Shown here one piece after another: positions 1 through 13,199 of a stretch of 64,000 nucleotides of DNA. Location: contig NW_021831284.1 of NCBI RefSeq assembly GCF_006345805.1, positions 248,001 to 312,000 on the forward strand, read 5' to 3'. Each line of letters opens with the position of its first letter. Positions within the stretch are counted from its first letter, which is position 1. The notes under the pieces are model-generated. The model ran no database searches and was not told the DNA's origin. It saw only the letters and a list, made by a program, of their open reading frames with translations. The stretch comes from Octopus sinensis. Taxonomy: Eukaryota. The position numbers were made by a program, and so were the translations under genes.

Positions 1-618
1 AAGTGATGACCAATGGCTGCAGGAAATTCTATTTTATGGTTGACATAACATCAGAATTAACAAACTTAATTCAAAATTGCAAAGAAGTGGAAATATTGCA
101 TTTTTCATGTATGAGGAAGTGATATTATTTGAAAAAAATATTAATTCTGTTTGAAGAGGATATAGAACAAAAGAAACTTGAAGATGTGATTCTCGAAACT
201 TGAATTCTCTTCCAGATTCTTATTATGAAATAGAAAAATTTTCATACGGAATTTTGACAATATTCGGGTCCACTTATATGTGTGAACAAAGTTTTTCTCA
301 TATGAATTATATAAAATCGAAATTAAGGGACAAAATTACAGATTCGAATTTGGAATCTAACCTCAGATTAAAATTAACGACTTACGACCCAGACATTAAC
401 CAACTTTCCAAAGAAATGAGGAATCACATTTCTCATTAATGCGTCTAATTAATTTAATTTTTTAAAATGAATTCTTAATTATTTTTTAAATTATGTCTAT
501 TTAATTTTATGAATTTAAATTTTTGACAAAGTAGTTGGTAAAAGGTGGCTCTTCAACTTTTCGAAATTCCAAAAATGTTCAAAATTGGCTCTTCTCCAAA
601 AGTATTTGCCGACCCCTG
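1..618 (+). mobile_element. 3' end of a hAT (Buster/Charlie, GTF2IRD2-like) DNA transposon
   Basis: ORF 200-439 has the hAT C-terminal dimerization motif (FGSTYMCEQSFSHMNYIK..R). The element ends in tttgccgacccctg (reverse complement CAGGGGTCGGCAAA, a typical hAT TIR) at 618, followed by gcgtagat (putative 8-bp TSD). Confidence 0.85.
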
Positions 619-3480
619 GCGTAGATCATGAGATGACTGGTAGGATCTTTCGGTTTTGGAATATCAGCAAAGTAAATATTAAAAAGCAGAGGGCTCAAGA
701 CCGAGTCTTGAGGTACCCCTCTTTTGAGATCGACAGATTCCGACAAACGGTTTCCGCATCGTATGTATGACCTCCTCATTGATAAATATAGCTCTTCAGC
801 CAATTGACCGTTCTACACCCGGGTTTGATTTTGGCGACACTTTCCAAGAGGCACAGGTGCCATACGCTGTCAAAAGCTTTTGAGACATCGAGGCAGATAG
901 CAATAGTCGCTGTATTGTTAGCAAGACTAAGCGAAATGACTTTCTCGAGTTCTCCGAAAAAATCTCCACAGGATTTTTTTCGTCGGAATCCCCACTGCTC
1001 CGCTGCAAGTGCACCTGATTCCTCTAAGAAGTTCGAAAGTTTTGTTAAAACAATCCGTTCCATAATTTTAGAGACGGAGCATATTAGGCTTATCGGGCTA
1101 TAGTTCTCTGCATGGTCCTTCATTTTCCAGGCTTTGGAATCATACATACGATTGACTTTTTCCAAGAGTCCGGTACGTATCCAAGTCTCCAGCTTGCATT
1201 GTATAGTGCGGTCAAGTATCGTAAGAGAATAACAGTAATTGGAATGTAGTCATGGCCGGGTGCATTGTTCTTGCAGCTCATAATTGCGGCGCATACGTTT
1301 CTTCAACGTTATGTCTCTCTCAAATTAGCTCGCAGACTTCTCTGTGCCTCACATATAAATTTTTTCGGAACCATGTCGATCGGATCCATCTCTTTAACTA
1401 TTGCCAATTGACTTCGCAAATGTGAGGGAACTTAATCGAGCGGGATAGCTATTCCTTCAGTTGTTATTAGTCGGATCTTTTCCTTTGTTCTCCATATTAC
1501 TTAGTCTGTTGAAAACCTTCCAAAAATGAGGGTTTTTCTTATTCAGTTTCGAGCATTGACTCTTCCAAGCAAGGTCTGAATGTTTTTTGCGACATCATTT
1601 ATCTCTGCATCGTCTCATCTTCTTTTCAATGTTTCCCTTCCATTTTATAAGTTTTGCCAAAGATTCGTCAATCCGGGTTTTTCTGTTAGTATTTGACATG
1701 GTGGATTTTCTGATTGAAGATTTTCGGAGAAAGTCCAGTATAGCTTCTCTGAGAATTTTATCAAGTTTTTCAATTTGTATATTCAAAGAGATGTTTTCTA
1801 TTGGATACGGTATCAAATGCATTTTCATTGATATCTCGAAGTCAGATCAGATTGTCCGAGAAGTATCATATCCGATGAAAAGATCTTCGCATATCGTAGA
1901 TGATGTTCGCATACATAAAGATTGAGGAAAATGATCACTACCAATGTTTATCTCAATTCTTGGTATGCTGCATTGATGAACAAGATCAGCCGATACGAGG
2001 AAAACTGCAATACAATCCTCTCCATAACAAGAGAAATGGTTTGGTTCTCGTGAGGTCAAAACACTAAAGCCGCAGTTCTCCGATAATCTGAAGAGTATAT
2101 GACCGTCCGAATTTGTATTAGCACATCCGTACGATGTGTGTTTTGCGTTAAAGTCTCCTATTAGAATTCATCTATCATTTTTTTGGAAAAATTCTTCAAT
2201 AAGATTTGGATAATTCTTCATTGCTTTGGAGTACAAAGCTCCTACAGATATCCATCCAAAGGGATGTTAGTAGTTTCAATGTAATCAGTTCGCACAAATT
2301 TTGTTCGACGATTTTCAAGTCCCTCACCATCAGATTGTCTTTATAATATATGGATGTCCCAGCCAATGCGTCAGGTCGCCATGGGATATCAATCGACTGA
2401 AAACCATTTAAGATGGAGATCCTCCAGTTTTGCTTTTAAATGTTCAATTGCAATTGTCTTTTCGTCTGCCATCAGTATGTTCCATGGTGGTTGTCTCGGG
2501 ATTTATTTAGAAGTTTCCCCGAGTTTTAAAGATGCCATTCCTTTTTTGGGTTGAATCATATATTCGGTTGTATTTACGCCTTGTTCCAACTTTATTTGCC
2601 TAGATATAGTGTGTGTCGCAGTTTTCAAAGTGTTTGACATGGATTTATAGATATCGAAAGTCTGAACCTCAGCGTCTACAAATTTTTGTATTTTTAATAA
2701 AGTTCCATCCCTTCCAGGTATTTTGTACTGTCACGTTTTCTGTTTCTGTTTTGATCCTTTTTTCAAATTTCAGTTTAGTAGACTGATCTGTAGTTTTCCG
2801 AGGTAATCTCTTTTTGAGAAGCTCCTTGACAACAGGACATCCTCCGTAGTTGGCCATGTGTGCTGAGGATCCACAGTTTATGCACTTGGTAAGGTAGTTT
2901 ACAATCAGAGGGCATTCCGAACGGGTATGTGGGCCTTCACAGATGAAACATCTCACTTTTTCTTTACAGAACCGTGAGATATGTCCAAAACGCTGGCAGC
3001 GGAAACATTGCGTCTCTGGTTGCTTGTACCAACTACAGAAAATTTCGCGGAACCCGATTTTCAACCCCATTCGCAAGAAAGAGGCTGCTTCACCCCTAGA
3101 GGAGATGGTCACTTTAGCCAAAGGAAGTGGACTTCCATTTCGGAAAAATCTCTCAACCAGAAACCCCGGAGAGATTAGTTTACCCAGATACTTTACAAGT
3201 TCCTCGGTTCCAACCCAACTCTGGAGGTTCCTAAGCATTATCACGGACGCACGTGGCTTTGCCTCCTCGATTTTGTGGCCATTTGGTCCAAAGGGCTGGG
3301 TATACGTACAGTAGTCAACAAAGGCCGAAAGCTGGATATTCGGGGATTTAAGATTCTTTTTGGATTTTGAATAATTCATTGTGAATTGTTATTAATATAT
3401 TTTTTTTATTTTGCTCACAAGAAAACCACGTTACAAGAACATCACATGAATTCACTCCAAATTTATTTAATAAATATTAA
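619..3480 (-). mobile_element. APE-type LINE (I/Jockey-like): intact ORF1, disrupted ORF2 (endonuclease + RT), cut at the YADD motif by the hAT
   Basis: ORF1 with zinc knuckles; APE motif IGSDHFP (~1930); RT motifs PISLICSVSKIMERIV, QWGFR, CLDVSKAFDSVWH, GVPQDSVLSPLLFNIY, IYA|. Confidence 0.9.
2669..3379 (-). CDS. LINE ORF1 gag-like nucleic-acid-binding protein (236 aa)
   Basis: CFRCQRFGHISRFC, CFICEGPHTRSEC and CINCGSSAHMANYGGCP: three knuckles typical of I/Jockey ORF1. Confidence 0.85.
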   Translation of the reverse strand: MNYSKSKKNLKSPNIQLSAFVDYCTYTQPFGPNGHKIEEAKPRASVIMLRNLQSWVGTEELVKYLGKLISPGFLVERFFRNGSPLPLAKVTISSRGEAASFLRMGLKIGFREIFCSWYKQPETQCFRCQRFGHISRFCKEKVRCFICEGPHTRSECPLIVNYLTKCINCGSSAHMANYGGCPVVKELLKKRLPRKTTDQSTKLKFEKRIKTETENVTVQNTWKGWNFIKNTKICRR

Positions 3481-3559
3481 TTTACTAACAAAACTTGTAA
3501 AGTCCTGATTTTATTACCAAATTGCCCAAAACAACGGCATTCCCAATTTACGGTAAGAC

Positions 3560-4195
3560 GGCACTCTCAGCGCAGGCTGCCCTCTCAGGGGACTCGGGTG
3601 TTGCAGAATAGGTCGGGGATATCGAGGACAGTTCACTCGCTTCTCCTTAGTCCCCGGAATGTACGAACGGAATATACTCAAAGCAGATCAGGTATGTCTC
3701 TTCACCTCAAACCCCAGTTTCTTATGACTCTAAGAAGGGTCTGTTTGTTTGTACTACGCTAGCGACAGTGGGTCTGTTTGGGTCAGGTCGGACGACTCAG
3801 AGGTAAGTCATTTGGCGGAATATGGACGGTTCGGCTACTTACAGGACAAGAGTACATTATGTTCAATACTTACAAAGTCCATGACTATGCTCCCTATGTA
3901 TTCATTGACCTCTGGCCTGCTCTACAATTGTCCATTCAGCACTACTTTGGTGGGTGAGTACGGGACCACACCTTACGAACTTATAAATCCCGGTGATCTT
4001 AGTCACTGATTGATAAAGAGCCCTGGTGGGAATAAACGCCTACAACTTATATTCTACGGATTTTGGAAGGATTTCAATTCGCTCTTTGTGGTTATGCCAA
4101 ATCGTGAATATTACGTAACAAAGCACATGGACTATCTCCCAAATATGTTCAGTCATGTTCTGGCCACAGCGCGACACAACTTTTCTGAAATATAA
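3560..4195 (+). other. GC-richer, coding-like segment of unknown origin
   Basis: ORFs 3749-4009 and 4010-4195 are in frame and separated by one TGA; composition is less AT-rich than the flanks; no family recognised. Confidence 0.25.
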
Positions 4196-4199
4196 AATC

Positions 4200-4640
4200 C
4201 ATTATAGATATAATTGTCGGACTTTTCGCATTCTACTTCAGTTGTTTTGTCTACGGTTCCTGTCGATTCTCTTATAATATTTTAGATGAGATAATTCGTT
4301 TGAGTCCTTTTCTCCACATATTGACTTGAATTGAAGCTCATGTCGTAATTTAAATCTATCAAACCACCCATCGGAAGCTTTAAAAAAGTAAATCCAATTT
4401 TTGAAGCTGTAACTAACGCGATTTTTTAAAAATAGGGGATTAAACCAGAATTTTATCGATCTCAAATTTTTGAATTATTTCAAAGACTTGATCATCAAAT
4501 TTTTCTCTATCGCCGTTAAATGCTTCATAAAGCACTGAAATAGTATTGCGATGTGTAAAGAAAGTACAATATTTCGTTTGATTCTCCAAATAGTTCCTCT
4601 ACTTTCTCTTCATCGGCAATCATGTCATCTGCCACTTCCC
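4200..4640 (-). mobile_element. Tigger/pogo transposase fragment (CENP-B-type HTH)
   Basis: FKASDGWFDRFKLRHELQFKSICGE motif. Confidence 0.7.
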
Positions 4641-4930
4641 CGGGGTTCGCTGCGGAAAGGCTGAGACGGGCAAAATTAAAAAATATCAAGAACTCGGACG
4701 CCGCTTCATATTCGTACCAATCGCTTTGGAAACATCGAGCGTCGCCTGGCCTTTAACCTCGGCCTTCATCAGCAACATCGGGAGGAAATTGGCCCACAGG
4801 ATGAAAGAGCCACGCGAGGTTTCGTGGCCATTGCAGAGAATATCCATCGCTATTCTCAGTGGCGACACGCATGCGGTACTTTCCGCAAGAGGGCGCGTGC
4901 TTTAGCCCCCCGGAGTTTCCTCTCTGCCTA
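4620..4930 (+). mobile_element. CRE-clade retroelement 3' remnant
   Basis: The + strand reads FVPIALETS..AFISNIGRKLAHRMKEPREVSWPLQRISIAILSGD, homologous to the C-terminus of ORF 19371-22082. Confidence 0.75.
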
Positions 4931-5929
4931 TCCCTAACTTAATTTGTTTTCTTTTTACCAAAAAAATTAAAAAAACTTGCTCTACTTGTTTTGTGCTTAT
5001 TGATTAGTTGCCTCTCAGATTAATTGTTCCTCAAAATTTTTTTAGCAATTTTCAATTTAGTTTCGTGATCCGTAACCAGAACAAAAAACCAAAATTTCCA
5101 TTTTTTTGATTTTTCATTTTGTTCTGCCAAAATGTGATTTTTAAAAAAAGTGCACCAAAATGAGGGAGTGCCCCACTTCTAGGCTCTTTCCATTTTGGGT
5201 AAACTGTACTTAGATTTGAATATAAAGTGTCAAATTCGGGAACTTGTTTTTCATTTTATTTCCAATTTTGACGATTTCATTATTTCCCAAAAAATGGAAA
5301 CAACCTTGTTTTATCAATAAATCGATTTTTTACTTCCAAATTTAGAATTAAAACTTAAAGACGAACAGATACAGTGCAGCATACATTTGGGGTGGACCAT
5401 CCTTATTTTTGGGGCACCGCAGGGGTTAACTTGGTTTTGTTGATAAAATCTTATAGTGATTACTGAAAATGAAGTAGAAAATGACGACGAAAATATATAC
5501 GCCTTAGTAAAATGTAATTATTCTCATATGGAAACAAAAACTACTCAATTCTTTAAAAAGTTGTTTTGATACCCAAAATCTTAACAAACAACTGGAATTT
5601 ATTTTTCTTGCCTGTGAGTCCCTTCTAATCCGCTTCCGCAGTAGACCACTAATGACGGCGTCACTCGTCTAACCCGTTTAACATCGTGGATACGAAAAAC
5701 TTCCACCGGATGGATAGCGACCAGATTTAACCCGCGATCTATGTCACTATATCTCGATACCTAAAATTAAGATATTATTTACGATCATAGTTTAAATATT
5801 TTTTAATATATTTTAATTTTAATGAATATTATAAATTTTATAATTATTTTATTTAGTAAATTTCTTTTAAATTGGAAACGAATAGTTAATAGATTTTTTA
5901 AAATTCGTTACTTCATCGACAATGTCTTG

Positions 5930-6500
5930 CAGTCTAAAATGGTATAGTTTATCTTAGTTCATTAACATAAAAATAAAGTATTATCAACTTTCCTGTGCTA
6001 AAACGTGTTCTAGGATATCCCACAGCGCTCCTTACAATTTTTGGCCTGTCAAGGTTGGTTTAGAAAGTTAATTTAATTATCATTAGGTTATAACTCCTAT
6101 CATTGGAGCTAAAGTAGTCAAAGATAAGATCCTTATTCGCTATTTTGAAAGAAAAATATAGTAAGAATTTCACGAATTACTTTAGTAATTGGGTATATCC
6201 ATCCGAGTTGCGAGATTTCGACAAGGTGAAATACAAAATAAGTGAATACACATCAGAAGAACACAAAGAATTCAGAAATGCCTTAATCAGAACCGAAACT
6301 TACCTATCCTATACTATCCCTGAAGTGGACGTAATTTACGATTTAGTAAGGATACTTAAGATCACTGGACGTCCAACAGAGGAAATAAAGGTTTTAAAGC
6401 TTTTTTGTTAGTATTTTATAATAGGAAATTATCAGCAATTCTGGATTAATGAGAAGGGTAATTTGCCGTTGGGCGAGTAATTCATTTAGAAATCGATGCA
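5930..6500 (+). CDS. putative small multi-exon gene, unknown product
   Basis: ORF 6145-6411 with flanking short GT..AG intron candidates (gttggttt...cattag; gttttaaag...ataatag). Confidence 0.3.
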
Positions 6501-7034
6501 AACTTACATTCCAAGTCTCGAGGTTTTTATTAAAATTTTATATAATTAAATAAATTAATTATTTATATTAAAAGGAGGATGGAGTGAACAATAATCATAA
6601 AAAATCCAAAGACCCTATTAAACCACGGAATTCAAAAAGGAAAAAAGCTATTCCATAATTATATTGTTATAAAAAAAACTTTTGAATGATATGAAATCCA
6701 CATTTAAAGAAAAAAATTTTTTAATTTATGCTATTCGTCATTTTAATAAGATTAATGATCACTTACGTAGTATTAGATAATTTAAGTAAAATTAATATTT
6801 GTAGAATCAAAATCTAAATTTTTTAATGTATGTAAATTTATTCTACTAATTAATTAAAACTCCTTTAAATAGTCGCGATAATCGCGATAATGAATTTTTG
6901 GTATTTTTATGTTTATCTTGATTCCTTTCTCTTTTTTGAAACAAGAATTTTTGATGAGTTTTCCTGCTGAAAAGAAAAAGGTCTGTCAGAATGAGCATCA
7001 TTAATTTTGATGATTGAAAACTTTATTATTTTTA

Positions 7035-7330
7035 CTACCTGGGCAGCTAGCCTCGCTTACCAAGACCTAGCTTCTGCGGAAAGCCAGTTTTATCAAACAA
7101 CTATAAGTTTATGTTATATAAACGATCTGGTTTGTTGTAACCCTATTCTAAAAAACACGGTTCTCTGTATGTCTCGAAGAGTACATCATCGACAGTCCGC
7201 AGATCAGTGAATGATTCTGATCCTCGTGTGTTTCGCAAAAGTAACCTAACACAATAACATTCGAAATTATTCGGATACACGTTATATAGTCTACCCAATG
7301 CATCTGTACTTACAATTATGTTATTGCCCA
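7035..7330 (-). mobile_element. internally deleted Helitron: Rep-region fragment joined to the 3' terminus
   Basis: ALGRLYNVYP..ECYCVRLLLRNTRGSESFTDLRTVDDVLFETYREPC; the last ~110 bp match the Helitron end at 15354-15465 (GTAG instead of CTAG). Confidence 0.8.
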
Positions 7331-7479
7331 TTTACTGGCTCTCCTCTTATTCTTTTAAATTTCTTTTAAACGAAATCGCACGTAGTTGCGAGCGCAGTGA
7401 GCGATCGAGCGTTAAGAGCGATCTATCAATGTCAATGATTGTCAAAAATAAAAATAATCTATTACATCAAAGTTAACTA

Positions 7480-9050
7480 AGGTCATTTATTGACAATTAA
7501 TTAACCATTATTTAAGTCCTCTTGAATTTTTTTAGTCGCATTGAATGAACTTTCTTAATAGACCCAGCACTATCTGTGACTTTGAGAAAATTGTTGGACA
7601 ATTTCCCATACGAATGTTCAAATTTTTTTAATCAAAGAGAAGGATTCGTCCCATAATCTTTTTGTACACGAGCCTTTAAGTAATTAAAAATAGAATACAA
7701 TATCTCCAAGATCTAACTCATATTTTGATCGATGGATCTCCATCTTCCTATTCATTCTTCTATAATATGAGGACTGCAAATTCATCCTTTCAAAATTAAA
7801 CTGATACTCATCATCTTTACTAATAAATAACAATATAAAATTTTTATTATAAATGTCGGGATTTTCTACAACTTGCAATTCTTCCATATCAAAACTTTTT
7901 GGATTTTCCTCAACACCTGATTTAACACTCGCGACATAATATCTAGGAACATCAACATAATATGTCGCCTTGCGCTGGTGACCATACCATGGTGGCAACC
8001 AGGGTGAACTTGATAGTTGACAGGATGACCTACATAGTTTTCTCACAATTTTCATCGAAAATGTAAATGAGATTATTAGCCATGAATCACAGTGTTGATT
8101 CTATAATACCCCTAAACGATTTGAAGGGGGTCTCATTAATCGCCGATTGATGTGTCTTTTTATAGGGAAAAATACTTTGTCTAAATTTTTTTTCCAATTT
8201 ATAGTTCCTTCCTTATCCATCAGTTTTGCCATACCTCTTGTCGAATGTTTTATTAAAGCGCTCAATTGCATTCTAATTTATTTCAAACTTATAAAGTTGT
8301 GACTGGGGATGGTCTATAAATGTTTGATTTTATTTTCTTCGCATAGTTGATTTATCAGTTTATTTTTGAATTCCAATCCGTTGTCCGTTTATAAATATTT
8401 TTTTAAAGTTTTTCTTCGTGTTTTTGATTATTATTGTCCTTTAAATAAAAACTATGAATTAGAAATTGAAAATATACTGATCACCAATTATCATAATTTG
8501 ATTCGCGTTTTTTAAATTTGTATTTTTAAGATTTAAATGTAGTTTGTACGGTTTTTGAGAGTAGTTTACAAAATTTTGATATTCACTGTCATTTTTCACG
8601 TAACCTAAGAATTGAAACTATATTGATACAACATCTTTTGGGTGATACCACTTTTTAATCAAATAAAATGACGTTAAACTCTTTTTGTAATAAATTCCTG
8701 TCGTTTTTTATTGAATGTCAAACTATGTAGGTCACCCTGTCGAGCGTTGAATTTCTTGGATTCATAACTTCTGTATAATATGTCCTTTGCCATTTTCCAA
8801 GTGCACCCTTAAATGCATTAATGATGGATATCTTTTATGAATCGGATATCCGAAAATTTTCCATGCTTCTTCATTACTGCAGATAAATCGTCCGTGTTAA
8901 AAAAACTTGGCTTGTCGCGTTGCTCAATTGTGAAAATTGCTTGATCCGACCCTTTATTAATGTATCTTCATACATATTTACTTAATCTAATAGAATTACA
9001 AAATTCAACATTAATATAAGCATCAAAAATCTTAATCAACAATGAGGCAC
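7480..9050 (-). mobile_element. degraded retroviral-type integrase element (GIN/Ginger-like)
   Basis: Frameshifted fragments: TDNGLEFKNKLINQLC, NAIERFNKTF, C-terminal LDLGDIVFYF...KKVHSMRLKKF. No TIRs found. Confidence 0.6.
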
Positions 9051-10879
9051 CACCCACTCGTTGTCAACTGTTATTTCTTTTCTTTTCCTTCGTGAAAAAT
9101 TTCAGTAAATCCTCCTTCAGTTGCCCATTCTTTGGTATTATATATTAAGTTTTTAGGGTACCCTCCCTTTAGAATACTTACCATCTTGCATACACAGTGA
9201 TGATTTGTTGTAGATCACATCACTGCTCTAAATGATAAAATATATGTATTGCATATGTTCTGCAATCCAAAGCGGGAGAGATTAATGAAAGAGAAATCCG
9301 AATTTATTAACAATGAAAACTACTGTAGCTGTCAAATTTTACACTATCCCTCCCTCCGAGTCCTCTCCACTCTGGGCTGCCTGTGCCCGATATAGCAAGT
9401 GGGAGTGCCAATGATACTCATTGCTGGGCATAATTTCGCAAGTAGCCAACCCAGGGAGATTTGACAGCCAAAAAACTTGCAGTGATTGTATAGATTGAGT
9501 ACAAATGTAATTATTAGGGGATTAAATGTGTCATTGTTTGTTCTATGTTCGAATGGGTGAGGTTTGATCTATTAGCACTGGGATTGTTCTCTTATGCTTT
9601 GCTGTAGGAATCACATCTGACACTCTGGGATTGGTTGGGAATGAGTTTTATGAGATTGACTTCTCTTTGTGGTTGAGCCTAAGTGTATGGTTCGATTGAA
9701 GATAATGGGTGTCTTATTCATTTCAGGTGGACTGTGAAATGAAGTGTTCTGTCATACTTGAATGTAAAACTGATTTTGAAATAGCAATGTTGAACAATGG
9801 TGGAGCATTTCAATATTGTTTTTGAAAAATTCGTTATTCTCGATAATTATCAATACATTATTTACTAGTATACTTTATTTGCTATGTTTATTAGTTTTTT
9901 AACGGATAAAAGATCTTTCTAGAATGTTCTGGGGCGTTTAAATTTTTAATTAAAAAAATTTTTAGTTTGAATCTCAACATTTTATTCAAGAAAGCAGTGA
10001 GAGCGAAGAATATGAACACTAAAGAGATTGGATTACTAACACTGTAGATATTTTGAAAATATCTCTTGCAAAAGCAATGGGAATTTCGGTGTAGCAAGAA
10101 CAACGGAATTTGCTTTCACTGATAAAGGAGGCTATATTTACAGGACAAAGAAAAAATAATATATTACAGCGCATGTCTTATATATCAAATGCATTGGTAG
10201 TGTCTGGCATGCCAGGTTACTACCAAACTTTATACAATTTTAATGCAGGAAAGACAGCCCGAGTTTGATGAGGAGTTTCATCTTGGAAGAGAATCATTTG
10301 TACGGATCGGAAAACAATGTCGAAGAGAATTTGCTTAAGAGATGAGTTCCACAGGTATCTGTCATAAATCCGCTTTTTATCTAATTGTGGATCTCTCTAA
10401 CATTGAAAAAAGCATTTACGCAGATTATATTTTAATTACGATTTTGCTATGAGCAAATTAATATCATGGAAAAGGACTCAGTATCATATTGAAAAAATTG
10501 GGAAAATGGTGTCAGGATAAAACTTTGTCCTGATCTTTTTAAAAAACACTGTTTGTTGGATTAGCGAAGAAAAAAGAAAAACTGATCTATTTATTAACAC
10601 TGGGTATAAAATCCGTGAAAAATCTAATCGGAATAGTTAATCATTTAAGAATCATATAATCAAGAGAAGGAAAAAGTTATATCAATGTTAAAAGCTCTTA
10701 TACGATTTCGGCTTAAACCGGAAAAGTTCCTATACGTAATAGACCCTTTCTTGATCTATGCATTTCAAAGATAGTTTAAAAGCTGTTAAGGAAAGAAACA
10801 CGTTAAACTTTTAAAAAAACGTGGAGATATGTCATTAAATTGGCGCATTACTTGGATTTAAAATCCAAACTAACCTAAA

Positions 10880-12720
10880 GTTGGAGGGGGATCTGTACGA
10901 TCCATTGAAAAATTGTTGCACAACTTAAATAAATAGTGATTCAAGGGGTTATTTGTTAAAGGGAAAGCTGAAGCTCGACTCTATACGTGCGCGTTGGAAT
11001 CACAGCTGGCTTCAGCATTATCCGTTGTGAATGGCAAAATCCCCTCGTCGTGAGATGCTTTTAATAAATTTTGGGACACGTCGTGAGATTTTGAGACACG
11101 TCACATAAAGCCTGATGCTTGCTCTGCGGGACGAGCAGGGAGAATGGAGCTTTCCGCTACCCAACCACAGCTAAAATGCTCCTGTTGAAAGAAACTGCAC
11201 ACATTATAACCACGGTGGCCACTTGTCGTGTTACGGCGGATGCCCGTACACCAAAGCCGCGAAAAAGCCAAACGGCTTCCCAACAAGTCGCCGACGTTTC
11301 CGCTGGATAAAGGCTGACAGGGCTGAGTCAGTCTGGACAAAGCGGATAACCACAAATCTGACCAAAGCCGATGTCTGCATTTAGATTCTGGTGACGCCGA
11401 CGGCCGATGCCCGTTCCAAGACCAGAGTTGGCTTTACAGCTGGTCACTGCGAGAAGAAAAGCTTTTCTCGAGCGAAATCTTGTTCCAAGAAAACACTGTC
11501 ATACCAGGACCTACACAACAAGAATTCTATTGCCGTTGTGTGGTAAAACTGGGTGTAAAACCGGGAAAGCTGCAACGGGTCTTATCTAAGGAAGCACGCC
11601 AAAACATACCTCCGATTAGAATCATCGCTGTGAATGTTCAAGAGACGTCACCACGACTTCGTTGAAATTGTAAACAGCAACCATTCAGACATTATCTTCA
11701 TTAAGAGTCTAAGCTCAAAGAAGTTTACTCGTTCGAGATCTTCGGATATCGGTCTCTGAATCTAAAATTGGGCAATAACTCTACCCCAGTAACCGGATCA
11801 AACATGTATTATCTGAATAAACTCAAAGTCTGCAACTTCAATATCATTTAGGATACTCTTTACGAATTCATATCTTGAAAATAAAAACAGAGTTTTTCTG
11901 TGTAAATGTCGAGACATATATTAAAAAAACTTGAGGTGCTTTCTTTCAAACCGCTTCTCCTTTGTGTCTGAATCTGGCTTCCACTCGAGAAATATTCAGC
12001 TCTAAAGAGGTGTGGCAAAATGGACCCGTCTCAGCCCACTCATATTTAACATAGTAATGAGCAGTTTCCCTTCACCTCCCGACTCCTGGACAAACTTCCT
12101 CTTACGCGGACGACGTCCGCGTCCTGGATACTTCAAAGAACAAAAAAGTTTTGGAAATACGGCCTTTTAGCTACATTTGGGCGATATTTGGGTCAGCAGG
12201 TCAGGGCCCCGGGTTTCTGGTAGAAACTGTTCGCCCGAATTTTATACGCTGCTTGAGGATGACAATCGATCCTAACTCAGACTTCTATCTGCATATCGAA
12301 GACAAAAGAAGAAAAGCCGTCGTTTCTTTCCGCCTGTTAAGAAGAATGAATCTGGATTCAAGTACCTTCCTTTCGTCTTCCATTCGACTATCCTGCCCAG
12401 CCTAATAAATGAAATAGAAACCTGGTAAGCAATACGGGATAATCCTGCAGAAATGTGAAAAAATAAGGCGTTATACGCTGAAACTAGCCTACAAATTAGA
12501 CTCACGTAACCCTGTTTCAAGGTGTACGGAGAATATGTCTCCGACGATGAGGCAGATCATTGAAGACTCAATCCAAACTTTCCGGAGGCGATCCTCGGGT
12601 GACCGACCTATTTATCGGCCGGATCAAATTAATAGCAGACTAACCTGGAAGCAGCCAGGACAGTAGTTCCAGAAACTGTCACTTTCCAAGCTTTCTTACA
12701 ATAAACATTTATTCATTTAT
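10880..12720 (+). mobile_element. highly degraded APE-type LINE (ORF1, endonuclease start and RT remnants)
   Basis: ..GGHLSCYGGCPY knuckle remnant (~11220); IRIIAVNVQ / SDIIFIK endonuclease start (~11610); LSPLIFNIVM and SYADDV (~12030-12120). Confidence 0.7.
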
Positions 12721-12899
12721 ATTTGAATCGACTACATTTTGCAGATCGCGCCGTATTTTATTTATTACACCATAAGTTTCATATTATATTGACAACCGAC
12801 TTTGTTGTGTGGTACACATTATATTTTTGACATGATGCCCTCATCCATTTGTAGCTTCTCATATTAAATTTTTCAGGAATTTGAGATTTCAATCTTTGA

Positions 12900-13170
12900 G
12901 TTTTATCAGACAATTATGATCAGGAAGATCATTTTGCGACCATAGGTCAGGTTAGATCTCTTGTCTCCACATCTTTAGATGTTATTTCGGGAGATTGGTA
13001 TTCTTAACTCATCAACCTTTTAATCTATGACTGTATTGACCCTCAATGAGACTTTGTTCTAGTACCTCACGGGAGCGAAGAGAAGCTTTAAGTACAAAGT
13101 AGTCAAAGCTTGTTCAAGAGTTTTTTGAATATTGCCATGTCGTGACATTATCGTGGCTTGAATATGAAAA
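12900..13170 (-). mobile_element. R4/Dong-like retroelement C-terminal remnant
   Basis: RVNTVID*KV...DKR resembles RVDTTLMTDIKVQHNKPDIFVFDKR of ORF 37799-38956. Confidence 0.45.
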
Positions 13171-13199
13171 TAACTCTTTCCGATCAAAAAATCAATAAT

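Noticed and set aside
9325-9470. Small MITE with gctgtcaaat inverted ends as another Ginger-like element
   Set aside because: The inverted repeat is only ~11 bp and no matching TSD is present.
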